The notes: generated by a model from the letters alone, not told the origin. A stretch of 64,000 nucleotides of DNA from Pseudohongiellaceae bacterium (GCA_965661105.1 CBFICR010000011.1:569-64568); one strand, 5' to 3'; counted from the first letter of the stretch, positions 51,076 to 61,899 are shown. Numbers and translations: made by a program.

Positions 51076-53424
51076 ATGCGTGTATGGATTTTGTCATTTG
51101 GCCTTGGTGTATATATAGCAGGCTTCGCGCCTCAACTTCCTCAATACCACACACTATTTTTACTTTTCCTGCCGGCACTGTTGTCTCTGCGTTACAAAAT
51201 ATTAAGCCTGTCCGGTGCATTTTGTCTGGGATTGTTCTGCCTGTTTCAGTGGAGCTGGACACACCAGGAAAAAATCCTTGCTCCGGCGCTGGAACAACAG
51301 GATCTCTGGGTAAGGGGAGTGGTGACTGGTTTACCACAACGACAGGAAAACAGTACCCGTTTTTCTTTCAGGCCTGAATCACTATGCCAACAAACTGATA
51401 TCTCTGATTGTCTGCAGCTCTTGCAAACAAACCGACACCAATTACTTCTCCATGATTACTCTGATGAACTTTATTTGCCAGGACAACACTGGCTGTTAAA
51501 AGTCAGGCTCAAACGCCCCCATGGCTTTGCCAACCCAGGAAGCTTTGACTATGAACGCTGGCTGTTTCAGGAACAGTTCAGTGCAACAGGTTATGTGCGT
51601 GCGGATTCATCTTCAATCCTGCTTGATGCCCGCAGGCACTGGTTGCTTCATCCCTGGCATGACAGCCTCAGATACCGCCTGCAGCAAAAAATAAGTCAGC
51701 TGCCTTTAGTGGTACCTGGATATATTTCAGCGTTGATTATCGGCGATCGCTATCAAATAACGGATGCACAATGGAGTTTGCTTACCACTACGGGAACAAA
51801 CCACTTAATGGTGATTTCCGGTTTGCATATAGGGCTCGTGGCATGGCTCACTTTTAATATTACCCTGGTCATCTGCAGAACCATTCCTGCACTTTGTCTG
51901 TTTATTGCATCACCCAGATTAGCCGCATTTATGGCATTAATTGCGGCTTTTCTCTATGCCTGTCTTGCCGGTTTCAGTCTGCCTGTCCAGCGTGCCCTGG
52001 TGATGGTTATTTGCCTGATGTCAGGTCAGCTTCTGGTCAGACAGGTATCGCCATTGAACAGCCTTGGACTGGCTTTTTTTATCGTTATTTTATTTGATCC
52101 GCTTGCCCTGCAAAGTGCTGGTTTCTGGTTATCATTTGTTGCAGTAGGGGTTTTACTTTCAACATTGTCGGTAAACAATGACAGCGACGATGTGCAATCC
52201 CTGCTATCCAGAATCAAAACACTGTTGTATTGCCAGTGCTATTTGTTCATCGGCATGTTGCCTGTAATGCTGTTATTTTTTGGCCAGCTCAGTCTGCTTG
52301 CACCAATCGTGAATCTGTTTGCCATTCCCTTTGTCGGTATGTTGATCGTGCCATTATGCCTGCTGTCACTGTTGGCAGGAATTTTAAGTCAGACGCTGTT
52401 TGCTTTTCTGCTGTCATTGCCTGACTTTCTCCTGAGCGAAGTGGCAAGCCTGCTGCAGGAAGTTATTAAGATCCCCGATCTCTTCATCATGCAGTTTCCG
52501 ACCCTTCCGGTCTGGCTTTGGCTGCTCCTGCTGGGAGCGGTAGTACTGCAATTTCTGTTTCAGCGTTTAATAATAAAAATTACAGGCCTTCTGGTAGTGT
52601 TGTTTTGTCTTAATTATTCTCCGCAACGGCCGCAAAATAATGAGTTTGTGCTGGATATTCTGGATGTTGGCCAGGGTCTGGCGGTTATTGTCACCACACA
52701 TAAGCATACGCTTGTATATGACACCGGGCCCGCATACAACCCGCGCTTTAACGCAGGTAGCGGCATAATCCAGCCCTTTCTCCGGCATCAGAATCTGGGA
52801 GACCCTGACATTGTTGTAGTGAGTCACGGTGATAATGACCATGCCGGTGGTCTGGCGGCGCTGGTCAGTTATTTCCCCGCTGCCCGGATTTATGCGGGCG
52901 AGGCCCTGGAACAAATCGCTGGACTGGAAAATCCGCCTTCTATCGGCCATTGTTTGTCCGGAACAACGTGGTGGTGGGACCGGGTAAAGTTTGAATTTCT
53001 CTATCCTGACAATCATTCTTATTCAGGAAATAATGCCTCCTGTGTGCTAAAGATAACCTCAGGTAATTACAGTGCGTTACTTAGCGGCGATATCGAGAAG
53101 GAAGCAGAATTAACGTTGCTAAAAACCTCAAGAAACGACCTGCATGCCGATATCATGACCGCGCCTCATCATGGCAGTAAAACGTCCTCTATTGCACCGT
53201 TCGTGCGTCGCGTTGCCGCAAATCATGTGGTCTTTTCATCAGGTTACCTCAATAGTTTCGGCCATCCTCATGCTGACGTCAGGCAACGTTATGAAAGGCT
53301 CAATACCAGTCTTTATGACACATCGCGCAGCGGAGCACTTCGCTTCCATGTGTCTGCTGATGAGGGCATTAAATCTGTAACAAGCTATCGCCAGACAAGC
53401 CCAAGGTTCTGGCATTTACCCTAA
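51076..53424 (+). CDS. comEC: DNA internalization competence protein ComEC/Rec2
   Basis: 782 aa. Polytopic competence domain (TGTNHLMVISGLHIG) plus a C-terminal metallo-beta-lactamase domain (LDVGQGLA, VVVSHGDNDHAGG, APHHGS). Confidence 0.88.
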   Translation: MRVWILSFGLGVYIAGFAPQLPQYHTLFLLFLPALLSLRYKILSLSGAFCLGLFCLFQWSWTHQEKILAPALEQQDLWVRGVVTGLPQRQENSTRFSFRPESLCQQTDISDCLQLLQTNRHQLLLHDYSDELYLPGQHWLLKVRLKRPHGFANPGSFDYERWLFQEQFSATGYVRADSSSILLDARRHWLLHPWHDSLRYRLQQKISQLPLVVPGYISALIIGDRYQITDAQWSLLTTTGTNHLMVISGLHIGLVAWLTFNITLVICRTIPALCLFIASPRLAAFMALIAAFLYACLAGFSLPVQRALVMVICLMSGQLLVRQVSPLNSLGLAFFIVILFDPLALQSAGFWLSFVAVGVLLSTLSVNNDSDDVQSLLSRIKTLLYCQCYLFIGMLPVMLLFFGQLSLLAPIVNLFAIPFVGMLIVPLCLLSLLAGILSQTLFAFLLSLPDFLLSEVASLLQEVIKIPDLFIMQFPTLPVWLWLLLLGAVVLQFLFQRLIIKITGLLVVLFCLNYSPQRPQNNEFVLDILDVGQGLAVIVTTHKHTLVYDTGPAYNPRFNAGSGIIQPFLRHQNLGDPDIVVVSHGDNDHAGGLAALVSYFPAARIYAGEALEQIAGLENPPSIGHCLSGTTWWWDRVKFEFLYPDNHSYSGNNASCVLKITSGNYSALLSGDIEKEAELTLLKTSRNDLHADIMTAPHHGSKTSSIAPFVRRVAANHVVFSSGYLNSFGHPHADVRQRYERLNTSLYDTSRSGALRFHVSADEGIKSVTSYRQTSPRFWHLP

Positions 53425-53563
53425 GCAGAAAGCGATATTTCAAGTATGGTAAGTGCCGCTAATATGATAAAGTGTGCGGCTTATAAGGTATTGTTAATAC
53501 GCAGATTTTTAGCTGAATGCAGAGTGTTTGGCCAAATACTGCAGACGGAAAGGAACGACGAAA

Positions 53564-54199
53564 TTGTTTGAGATTGTACAGGCCGGTGGTTGGTTAATGC
53601 TGCCAATCATTCTGTGTTCCATTGTTGCTATCGCCATCGTCATTGAACGCTTTTGGACGCTGAATCCGACGCGTATTGCGCCACGCAATGTGCTTGCTGA
53701 AGTATGGGGGAAGATCAAGCAAAACCAGCTTGATGCCACCGAATTACGGGATCTGCGCATGTCCTCACCGCTGGGGCAGATTCTTGCTGCTGGACTCGTT
53801 AATTCCAAGGCAGGCAGAAGCATCATGACAGAAAGTATTGAGCAGGCTGCCAGCCATGTGGTCCATGACCTGGAGCGTTACCTCAGTACACTGGGGACAA
53901 TCGCTGCCATCACGCCGTTGCTGGGCTTACTTGGTACTGTGTTTGGCATGATCAGGGTGTTTAGTGAAATCATGGCGCAGGGTACGGGAAACGCCAATGC
54001 CCTGGCGGGTGGAATTTCAGAAGCCTTGATAACCACTGCGGCAGGCCTGTGTGTGGGCATACCGGCATTGATGTTTTACCGGATGTTTTTGCGCCGGGTG
54101 GAAAGCCTTGTCATCGATCTGGAAAGAGAATCCATTAAACTGGTGGATGCCCTGCATACTTCCCGGGGAGTTGAAATCAGGGAAGTCGGCGAAAGCTGA
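53564..54199 (+). CDS. exbB: MotA/TolQ/ExbB-family proton channel protein
   Basis: The ORF track starts at the TTG at 53528. The TTG at 53564 has AAGGA 9 nt upstream and gives MFEIVQAGGWLMLPIILCSIVAIAIVIERFW, a typical family N-terminus. The C-terminal GISEALITTAAGLCVGIPALMFY is the conserved TM2-TM3 region. Confidence 0.85.
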   Translation: MFEIVQAGGWLMLPIILCSIVAIAIVIERFWTLNPTRIAPRNVLAEVWGKIKQNQLDATELRDLRMSSPLGQILAAGLVNSKAGRSIMTESIEQAASHVVHDLERYLSTLGTIAAITPLLGLLGTVFGMIRVFSEIMAQGTGNANALAGGISEALITTAAGLCVGIPALMFYRMFLRRVESLVIDLERESIKLVDALHTSRGVEIREVGES

Positions 54200-54217
54200 G
54201 CAACGGGGAATAAACCG

Positions 54218-54637
54218 GTGAAATTTCAACGTAGTTTGAAGGAAGAGGTTAACGTCAATCTGACGCCATTGATTGACGTGGTTTTCCTGTTGCTGATTTT
54301 TTTCATGGTCACTACCACTTTTTCACGCAACACCAATCTGTTAATTAATCTTCCTGAAGCCAGTGGTCAGCCCAGTGAACGGGAAGCCATCGAGATAGAA
54401 ATTCTGGTTTCAGAAAATGGCACTTATTCAGTAAATGGTCGTCAACTGGTGAATACACAAATTGAAACCTTGATGCGCACGGTCACCGAAGTCAGTGGTG
54501 GCGACTCCAGCATTCCGCTGATTATTACTGCTGATGCCAATACTTCACACCAGTCAGTGGTCACGGCCATGGATGCGGTAGCCCAGCTTGGTTTCAGCAG
54601 TCTGAACATCGCCACCCGAGAACCTGGAACAGAGTAA
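54218..54637 (+). CDS. exbD: ExbD/TolR-family protein
   Basis: 139 aa with a GTG start. VNLTPLIDVVFLLLIFFMVTT single TM helix with the conserved Asp, then a periplasmic domain. Confidence 0.85.
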   Translation: MKFQRSLKEEVNVNLTPLIDVVFLLLIFFMVTTTFSRNTNLLINLPEASGQPSEREAIEIEILVSENGTYSVNGRQLVNTQIETLMRTVTEVSGGDSSIPLIITADANTSHQSVVTAMDAVAQLGFSSLNIATREPGTE

Positions 54638-56424
54638 TGTTGGCACCATCCCCATTAAGCCCTGAACCCGTATTAAATTCTGTACCAGGCACAGGCAGTT
54701 TAGCCCTGTATAAAAGATTACTGAGCTATGTTCGTCCTTTACGGGTCTATTTTCTGCTAGGTGTTTTTGGTTTTGTTATTTTTTCCGCAGCCAGCATCTG
54801 GTTTTTCGATTTGCTTCAGGAACTGGTTGATACCATTAATTCAGGCGCAGCACTGTCAGTGCAGCAGCGACTGCATATTCCCCTGACATTAATTGTTATC
54901 GTATGCTTTCGGGGCCTGGGCGGGTTTCTGGGGCCTTACTACATGGCCTATATTGCCAACCATGTTGTGCACCGGGTACGCACTGAATTAATGGATCGTT
55001 TTGTCGGTTTGCCAAGTGCCTATTATGATCGCAATACAAGCGCCCATCTTTTGTCCACAGTCACCTTCAATGTTACCCAGATCAGTGCTGCGGTCAGTGA
55101 TGCACTAACCGTGATCCTGCGCGAGGGCATCCTCGTCATTGCCCTGTTTGCTTTCCTGCTTTACCTGAACTGGAAGTTGACACTGATGTTCGTGATCATT
55201 ACCCCGGTTATTTCTGTCGTGGTCGTGTATGCCTCTAAAAAATTCCGCAAGCACAGTCATCGCATTCAGTTATCCATGGGCGACGTTACCCATATCCTGT
55301 CAGAAACACTCAAGGGTATGAAAGTGGTCAAGACATTCAGTGCTGAGGATCAGGTCAGGGACAAGTTTCGCGAAGCCAGTGAGCGTAACCTGAAACAAAA
55401 TCTGAAAATGATACTGGTACAATCTATCAGTACACCGATAATACAGGTATTGGTCGCTTCAGCATTATCAGTATTACTTTGGCTGGCAATGTCCCCGGCA
55501 GTATTGGAAACCATGAGCCCGGGAGAATTTGTAACCTATATTGTGGTTGCCGGTTCCATGCTGAAACCTATTCGTCAGTTATCCAAAATCAACTCTGTCG
55601 TGCAGAAGGGGCTTGCCGCGGCTCAATCAATTTTTCTTTTGCTGGATGAAGAAACAGAAACCGATCAGGGCAGCAAAGTTGTCGACAGACTCGAAGGTCG
55701 AGTTGAATTCCGGGATGTCTGTTTCGCTTATGCAGGCGCAGAAGCGCAGGTCCTGAATAATATTTCTTTCAGCTGTGAGGCAGGTAAAACCATTGCCATT
55801 GTCGGCAAATCCGGCTCCGGCAAGAGTACGCTGGTAAATCTCGTACCGCGCTTTTATCAACAAAGTAGCGGGGAAATTCTCCTTGATGGTATCAACTCGG
55901 CAGATATTACTCTGCATAGTTTACGCCGGCAGATTGCCCTGGTGAGTCAACAGGTAGTGCTATTCAATGGAACAGTACGGGAAAATATTGCCTATGGTGA
56001 ATTGCGCACCGTCAGTGATGAAAAAATTCGTGAAGCCCTGATTAATGCCAATGCGCTAGGCTTTGTAGAAGAGCTGTCTGAAGGGCTGGACACCCGTATC
56101 GGTGATGATGGGTTTCTACTTTCCGGTGGACAGCGTCAACGCCTGGCAATCGCCAGGGCTTTGCTGAAAAATGCACCGATCCTTATCCTTGACGAGGCTA
56201 CCTCGGCGCTGGACTCTGAATCCGAAAATGCTATCCAGCTGGCCCTGGAAACACTGATGCAGGGGCGTACCACCTTTGTTATTGCACACCGTCTATCAAC
56301 CATCGAATCGGCGGACAGAATCCTCGTACTTGAAAGAGGAAGGATAGTTGAAACCGGTACGCATCAGGAATTATTGGCGGCCGGCGGTCACTATAAACAA
56401 TTACATCAGCTGCAGTTTTCCTGA
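54637..56424 (+). CDS. msbA: Lipid A export ATP-binding/permease protein MsbA
   Basis: 595 aa. Six-TM domain plus an NBD with [25 protein letters not shown] and ILILDEATSALD. Its ATG overlaps the exbD TAA by 1 nt. Followed by lpxK as in E. coli. Confidence 0.9.
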   Translation: MLAPSPLSPEPVLNSVPGTGSLALYKRLLSYVRPLRVYFLLGVFGFVIFSAASIWFFDLLQELVDTINSGAALSVQQRLHIPLTLIVIVCFRGLGGFLGPYYMAYIANHVVHRVRTELMDRFVGLPSAYYDRNTSAHLLSTVTFNVTQISAAVSDALTVILREGILVIALFAFLLYLNWKLTLMFVIITPVISVVVVYASKKFRKHSHRIQLSMGDVTHILSETLKGMKVVKTFSAEDQVRDKFREASERNLKQNLKMILVQSISTPIIQVLVASALSVLLWLAMSPAVLETMSPGEFVTYIVVAGSMLKPIRQLSKINSVVQKGLAAAQSIFLLLDEETETDQGSKVVDRLEGRVEFRDVCFAYAGAEAQVLNNISFSCEAGKTIAIVGKSGSGKSTLVNLVPRFYQQSSGEILLDGINSADITLHSLRRQIALVSQQVVLFNGTVRENIAYGELRTVSDEKIREALINANALGFVEELSEGLDTRIGDDGFLLSGGQRQRLAIARALLKNAPILILDEATSALDSESENAIQLALETLMQGRTTFVIAHRLSTIESADRILVLERGRIVETGTHQELLAAGGHYKQLHQLQFS

Positions 56425-56451
56425 TGCGTGTTCATGAATCGGTTAACAAGC

Positions 56452-57447
56452 ATGAAGCTGCTTAATGATGCCTGGTACAGGAATGCAGGATGGGTGCGCT
56501 GTCTGCGTCCCCTGAGTGCAATCTTTGGTCTGGTTAGCAGCCTGAGGCGGCACTATTACAGGAACACTGACAAAGCCTTTAAGGCAAAACATCCTGTCAT
56601 TGTCGTTGGCAATATCACCGCAGGCGGCACCGGCAAAACTCCACTGGTCATATATATTGCCCAACAATTACGACAGCGCGGTTATTCACCGGGTATCGTT
56701 AGCCGTGGGTATGGATCACAGGCAGCCTCCTACCCATTTGCAGTGACGCCACAAAGCAATTTTCGGGAAGCCGGGGAGGAGCCGCTTATGATAGCGCGCC
56801 ACACCCATTGCCCTGTGATTATAGATCCCGATCGCAGCGCTGCAGTACAGATGCTGGAAACACGTTATGACTGCGATATCATTATCAGTGATGACGGGTT
56901 GCAACACTATCGACTGCACCGAAATATAGAAATTGCCGTCGTTGATGGACACAGGGGGCTTGGCAATGGTTTGTTACTGCCCGCCGGACCACTGCGAGAA
57001 AAACCGGAGCGACTCAACGAGGTGGATTTCATCGTTTGTAATGGACCTTCAAAACACCCATTGCCTGGACATAGCTATGAGATGAATCTTGATGCTACCC
57101 ATCTCGTCCATCTGATAGATAACAAATCCCTGTCCATTGATGATGAAATCCTGCAGGAGATTAAGGAAAAGAAAGTGCATGCTGTTGCTGGCATCGGTAA
57201 TCCGGAACGTTTCTTCAACTCTCTTTGTGCCAGCGGATTTGATATTATTACGCACATTTTCAGGGATCACCATTTTTTTTCCAAACAGGACATCAGCTTT
57301 GCCGATGAACTGGATGTGGTAATGACGGAAAAAGATGCAACCAAGTGCAGGGACATAGCGTCTGACAAACACTGGTTTCTTAAAGTGGCTGCCCGTCTCC
57401 CTGATGAGTTCATGGACAAGTTAATAGAAAAACTTGCTGCCGATTGA
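56452..57447 (+). CDS. lpxK: Tetraacyldisaccharide 4'-kinase LpxK
   Basis: The ORF is open from 56428. The ATG at 56452 ([14 protein letters not shown]...) matches the length of E. coli LpxK. P-loop [14 protein letters not shown]. Confidence 0.9.
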   Translation: MKLLNDAWYRNAGWVRCLRPLSAIFGLVSSLRRHYYRNTDKAFKAKHPVIVVGNITAGGTGKTPLVIYIAQQLRQRGYSPGIVSRGYGSQAASYPFAVTPQSNFREAGEEPLMIARHTHCPVIIDPDRSAAVQMLETRYDCDIIISDDGLQHYRLHRNIEIAVVDGHRGLGNGLLLPAGPLREKPERLNEVDFIVCNGPSKHPLPGHSYEMNLDATHLVHLIDNKSLSIDDEILQEIKEKKVHAVAGIGNPERFFNSLCASGFDIITHIFRDHHFFSKQDISFADELDVVMTEKDATKCRDIASDKHWFLKVAARLPDEFMDKLIEKLAAD

Positions 57448-57472
57448 TTTATTGCTAACTGAAAAACTGACT

Positions 57473-57667
57473 ATGGATAAAAAACTTCTAACGATTCTTG
57501 CCTGTCCTCTGTGTAAAGGGGAACTGGTCCATAACAAAGACACTAACGAGCTAATCTGTTATCCCGACAGCCTTGCCTATCCTGTGCGTGACGAGATTCC
57601 GATCATGCTGCAAAATGAAGCCCGGCCACTGACACCTGAAGAAAAAGCCAACAGGAAGAAAAAGTGA
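57473..57667 (+). CDS. ycaR: Trm112/YcaR family small zinc-ribbon-like protein
   Basis: The ORF is open from 57434, overlapping lpxK. The ATG at 57473 gives 64 aa: [18 protein letters not shown]...[16 protein letters not shown]. lpxK-ycaR-kdsB order as in E. coli. Confidence 0.8.
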   Translation: MDKKLLTILACPLCKGELVHNKDTNELICYPDSLAYPVRDEIPIMLQNEARPLTPEEKANRKKK

Positions 57668-58410
57668 GCTTTACGGTCGTTATACCAGCGCGCTATCAAT
57701 CAACACGATTACCTGGAAAACCACTGCTTGATATTGCAGGCAAACCGATGTTGCATCATGTGGTTGAAAGAGCCCGCTCTAGCGCGGCAGAGGCTGTCTA
57801 TATTGCTACCGATGACGAGCGTATCAGACAAAGCTGTCAGGCGCTTGGGGACCATGTCATCATGACGTCAGCCGCGCATAACTCCGGGACTGATCGAATA
57901 GAAGAAGTTGCCCGTCTGCTAAACCTCGGAGATGAAGATATCGTTGTCAATGTACAGGGTGACGAGCCGATGATCCCCCCTCAAGTCATTAACCAGGTAG
58001 CCAGTGATCTGGCAGGGCATCCAGATGCACAGATCTGCACATTATATGAAGAAATGACAGATTATGATGAAATTATCAATCCCAATAATGTCAAAGTTGT
58101 CGCCAATAATGCCGGTTACGCGATGTATTTTTCCAGAGCTCCCATTCCTTTTCCCAGAAATGACCAGGCTCAGGATAAACCAAATATAAAGTACAAACGG
58201 CACATCGGAATTTACGCTTACCGCGTAAAAGTACTGCATGATTTTATTGACTGGCCACAAAGTGAACTGGAAAAAACTGAACAGCTGGAACAATTAAGAG
58301 CCATGGCGAACGGGGTCAGGATACATATTCAAAAAGCCTGCGCAGAAATTCCCGCAGGTGTCGATACACCGGAAGATCTTGAAAAAGTCAGACGTTTGAT
58401 GAGCGCCTGA
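57664..58410 (+). CDS. kdsB: 3-deoxy-manno-octulosonate cytidylyltransferase (CMP-KDO synthetase)
   Basis: 248 aa with a GTG start overlapping the ycaR stop (GTGA). [17 protein letters not shown] and [10 protein letters not shown]. Confidence 0.93.
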   Translation: MSFTVVIPARYQSTRLPGKPLLDIAGKPMLHHVVERARSSAAEAVYIATDDERIRQSCQALGDHVIMTSAAHNSGTDRIEEVARLLNLGDEDIVVNVQGDEPMIPPQVINQVASDLAGHPDAQICTLYEEMTDYDEIINPNNVKVVANNAGYAMYFSRAPIPFPRNDQAQDKPNIKYKRHIGIYAYRVKVLHDFIDWPQSELEKTEQLEQLRAMANGVRIHIQKACAEIPAGVDTPEDLEKVRRLMSA

Positions 58411-58491
58411 TCTGCGAGATATAAAAAAAATCGCATAAATCATTAAAATAAATTCCTGAAAACTTATCCCCGGGATAAATCAATTAGAAAC

Positions 58492-58980
58492 ATGAAGTCT
58501 GAAAAAATTAAAATTCTTATGGTTTGCCTTGGCAATATCTGTCGATCTCCCACTGCCGAAGCAGTATTCATGGCAAAAGCCCGGTTTGAAAACCTTGATC
58601 GTTATATTGAGGTGGATTCTGCCGGAACTGGCTCCTGGCACATCGGCCATGCACCAGACAAACGTGCGACACTGGCAGCCAGTCACAGGAATTATGATAT
58701 GTCTGCTTTACGCGCACGTCAGGTGACAGCCCAGGACATGGAAAACTTTGATTATATCTTCGCCATGGACAAACAGAACCTGCATGACCTGCTGGCCATG
58801 AGCGCGCCAGATCAGCAGCATAAAATTTCACTATTCCTGGAGCATGGCAACAGTGACGAATTGGAAGTACCGGATCCTTATTATAGCGGTGACGATGGTT
58901 TTGAACTGGTACTTGACCTGATTGAAGACGCTTCCTCAAATTTGCTAAAAAGCCTTGCCACTGACCACCAATGGTCATGA
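58492..58980 (+). CDS. Low-molecular-weight protein-tyrosine phosphatase
   Basis: 162 aa. Active-site loop VCLGNICRSPTAE and the general-acid region VPDPYY. Confidence 0.88.
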   Translation: MKSEKIKILMVCLGNICRSPTAEAVFMAKARFENLDRYIEVDSAGTGSWHIGHAPDKRATLAASHRNYDMSALRARQVTAQDMENFDYIFAMDKQNLHDLLAMSAPDQQHKISLFLEHGNSDELEVPDPYYSGDDGFELVLDLIEDASSNLLKSLATDHQWS

Positions 58981-59001
58981 TCTTAAAATCGATTTAAATT
59001 T

Positions 59002-60015
59002 ATGGAAATACTCGAAAATTTTAATCTGAAGCATTTCAACACGTTTCATGTGTCTGCCCATGCCCGCTATTTTGTCAATGCCACAGGCCTTGATTGTCTG
59101 CGTGAGGCGCTGGCATTTGCCCGGCATAAGGAGATCCCTTTCATGCTGATCGGGCAGGGGAGCAATCTGTTATTCAAGGAAGATTATCCAGGTCTGATTA
59201 TTGAAATTAATGTCCGGGGCAAGGAACTGGTCAGTGAAGATGACGACTTCTATTATGTAAAAGCCCGCTGTGGTGAAAACTGGCATAACTTTGTGCAGTG
59301 GTCTCTGGAGCATGATTATTACGGCATGGAAAACCTGTCGCTGATTCCAGGCACAGTCGGTGCTGCGCCCGTGCAGAATATTGGCGCCTATGGCATTGAG
59401 CTGTGTGACGTCATGGTTTCCCTTGAGGCACTTGAGATCGTCAGTGGTGAACTGAAAACCTTCACTAACCAGGAATGTCATTTCTCCTATCGCAATTCGG
59501 TTTTCAAACAGGAGTTAAAGGATCAGTTCATTATTTATAGTGTGACTTTCGGTCTGAGAAAAGTTCCACACCTCAACACTGTTTACGCTGCGCTGGCCAA
59601 AGCACTGGAATCATATACTGCTGATGAAATTACGCCGCAACTGGTCAGTGAAACGGTGTGTGAAATTCGTCGTAGTAAATTGCCTAATCCTAAACGTCTT
59701 GGTAATGCAGGCAGTTTTTTCTGGAACCCGGAAATTCCCCTGGCAGATTTTTCTGCTTTGCAGAAAACCTATCCGGATATTGTCGGCTATGCCAATGCAG
59801 AGACTGTCAAACTGGCAGCGGCCTGGTTGATAGATCAGGCCGGCTGGAAAGGCTATCGCGAAGGCGATGTAGGTGTTCATCAGGATCATGCCCTGGTCCT
59901 GGTTAACTATGGCCAGGCCACGGGGGCAGAGCTGGTTGAACTCTCCGAGCGTATTCAGCATTCAGTAAAAGAAAAGTTTGGCATTGAGCTGACTCCCGAA
60001 GTCCGAATAATCTGA
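59002..60015 (+). CDS. murB: UDP-N-acetylenolpyruvoylglucosamine reductase
   Basis: 337 aa. FAD-binding GQGSNLLF, LIPGTVGAAPVQNIGAYG, and GNAGSFFWNP. Confidence 0.9.
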   Translation: MEILENFNLKHFNTFHVSAHARYFVNATGLDCLREALAFARHKEIPFMLIGQGSNLLFKEDYPGLIIEINVRGKELVSEDDDFYYVKARCGENWHNFVQWSLEHDYYGMENLSLIPGTVGAAPVQNIGAYGIELCDVMVSLEALEIVSGELKTFTNQECHFSYRNSVFKQELKDQFIIYSVTFGLRKVPHLNTVYAALAKALESYTADEITPQLVSETVCEIRRSKLPNPKRLGNAGSFFWNPEIPLADFSALQKTYPDIVGYANAETVKLAAAWLIDQAGWKGYREGDVGVHQDHALVLVNYGQATGAELVELSERIQHSVKEKFGIELTPEVRII

Positions 60016-60036
60016 CATATTGATATTGCATGCCTG

Positions 60037-61899
60037 GTGTATGATTCACCCATGACAGATACTTCTTCCACAGAGCCTTTGTTTGATTCAGGCAACTTTC
60101 TGAAACACACCAGTTCACGCCCTGGTGTATATCGTATGCTCGATACCCAGGGAGAGGTGCTCTATGTTGGCAAGGCAAAAAACCTTAAAAAGCGCTTAAG
60201 CAGTTATTTTCGTGGCAGTGGACTTGATAATAAGACCATTGCCCTGGTAAGCAAAATTGCCGACATTGAAATCACCATCACCGGCAGTGAAATCGAAGCG
60301 CTGTTACTTGAACAAAATCTTATCAAGGAGAAAAGACCGCCCTACAATATTCTGTTGAGGGATGATAAATCCTATCCCTATATTTTCCTGTCATCGGAAG
60401 ATACCTACCCAAGACTGGGCTTCCACCGTGGCAGCAAGAAAAAGAAGGGGCGCTATTTTGGACCTTTTCCAAGTGCCGGCGCAGTAAGGGAAAGCCTGGC
60501 ACTGTTACAAAAAATATTTCATGTGCGCCAGTGCGAAGACAGTTATTTCAGGAACCGTACGCGTCCGTGCCTGCAATACCAGATCAAGCGCTGCTCGGGT
60601 CCTTGCGTTAACCTGACCTCGCCTGAATCCTATGCCGATGATGTACGCCATTCGGTGATGTTTCTGGAAGGCAGAAACGACCAGATCAGGGACGAACTGA
60701 CCGCCAGGATGGAGTCCCTGTCCAGTGAGTTAAAATTTGAAGAAGCCTCTGTTTTAAGAGACCAGATAAAAGACTTGCGGATAATCCAGGAAAGTCAGTT
60801 TGTGTCCGGTGAAAAAGGCGATGTGGATGTGATTGCCATGGCCCAGGAATCGGGGGCGGTCTGTATCCATGTCATTTTTGTCAGGGCAGGCAGGGTGCTG
60901 GGCAACAAGAATTTTTATCCGCGCTTTGTACTGGAAAAGGAGCCCGGTGAAATCATGCAGGCCTTCATTGCCCAGTATTATCTCAGGGAACAAAATGGAC
61001 AAAGCATTCCCAGGGAGATCCTGTGTAACCAGCCACCCCGGGAAGCTACCCAGCTGGCTGAAGCGCTGACTTACCTTGCGCAAAGGTCTGTCAGTATTAA
61101 ACACAGGGTCAGGGGTCATCGATCGCAATGGCTTAATCTGGCCAGTATTAATGCCGGTCATGGTTTGTTGAGCAAATTGAACAGCAAACGCAGCATGCAG
61201 GAACGCATGACAGCATTACAAAGCGCACTCTCACTGGATGCGCCGCCCCTGCGCCTGGAATGTTTTGATATCAGCCACAGTTCAGGCGAGGCAACAGTCG
61301 CATCCTGCGTCGTATTTGATCAAAACGGACCTTTAAAGTCGGACTATCGCCGCTTTAATATCGAAAATATCACCCCTGGCGATGATTATGCAGCTATGGA
61401 GCAGGCTCTCAGGCGTCGTTACATCAGGCTCAAAAAAGGCGAGGCACGGCTTCCGGATATTTTGGTCATTGATGGGGGGCTGGGACAGCTGGGCCAGGCG
61501 GAGAAAGTGCTGGAGTCACTGGAGGTCGAAGGTGTGCAGCTTTTGGCTATTGCCAAAGGCATCAGTCGTAAAGCGGGCCAGGAAACGCTTATTCTTGGCG
61601 GTAGCCACAAGGAAACGGTTTTGCCACCAGAGTCACCAGCCTTGCATTTGTTGCAGCATATTCGTGATGAATCCCACCGTTTTGCCATCACCGCTCATCG
61701 CCAGCGCCGCGGCAAAAAACGCACCTCTTCATTTCTTGATGAAATTCCCGGCATCGGCCCGTCCAAGCGCCGGGATTTGATTCAGTATTTTGGTGGGCAG
61801 CAGGAGATCAAGCGAGCCAGCGTGCAACAGTTACAAAAAGTGAACGGCATCAGTAAATCCCTGGCCAGGGATATCTATGACTATATTCATGCTTCCTGA
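60037..61899 (+). CDS. uvrC: Excinuclease ABC subunit C
   Basis: 620 aa (alternative ATG at 60052). GIY-YIG domain GVYRMLD...VLYVGKAKNLKKRL, UVR domain, RNase H-like endonuclease domain and C-terminal (HhH)2. Confidence 0.95.
   Translation: MYDSPMTDTSSTEPLFDSGNFLKHTSSRPGVYRMLDTQGEVLYVGKAKNLKKRLSSYFRGSGLDNKTIALVSKIADIEITITGSEIEALLLEQNLIKEKRPPYNILLRDDKSYPYIFLSSEDTYPRLGFHRGSKKKKGRYFGPFPSAGAVRESLALLQKIFHVRQCEDSYFRNRTRPCLQYQIKRCSGPCVNLTSPESYADDVRHSVMFLEGRNDQIRDELTARMESLSSELKFEEASVLRDQIKDLRIIQESQFVSGEKGDVDVIAMAQESGAVCIHVIFVRAGRVLGNKNFYPRFVLEKEPGEIMQAFIAQYYLREQNGQSIPREILCNQPPREATQLAEALTYLAQRSVSIKHRVRGHRSQWLNLASINAGHGLLSKLNSKRSMQERMTALQSALSLDAPPLRLECFDISHSSGEATVASCVVFDQNGPLKSDYRRFNIENITPGDDYAAMEQALRRRYIRLKKGEARLPDILVIDGGLGQLGQAEKVLESLEVEGVQLLAIAKGISRKAGQETLILGGSHKETVLPPESPALHLLQHIRDESHRFAITAHRQRRGKKRTSSFLDEIPGIGPSKRRDLIQYFGGQQEIKRASVQQLQKVNGISKSLARDIYDYIHAS

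Noticed and set aside
57273-57280. T8 homopolymer inside lpxK (and A8 at about 17727-17734 in sohB)
   Set aside because: These are short for phase variation, lie in essential or housekeeping genes, and the reading frames are intact. There is no evidence of slippage.
58464-58478. 7-1-7 perfect palindrome TTATCCC-C-GGGATAA just upstream of the tyrosine phosphatase gene; also the 12-bp palindrome AATAACGTTATT at 62761-62772
   Set aside because: Palindromes of this length are expected several times by chance in 64 kb: roughly 4 for 7+7 and roughly 16 for 6+6. No second copy or associated regulator is visible.
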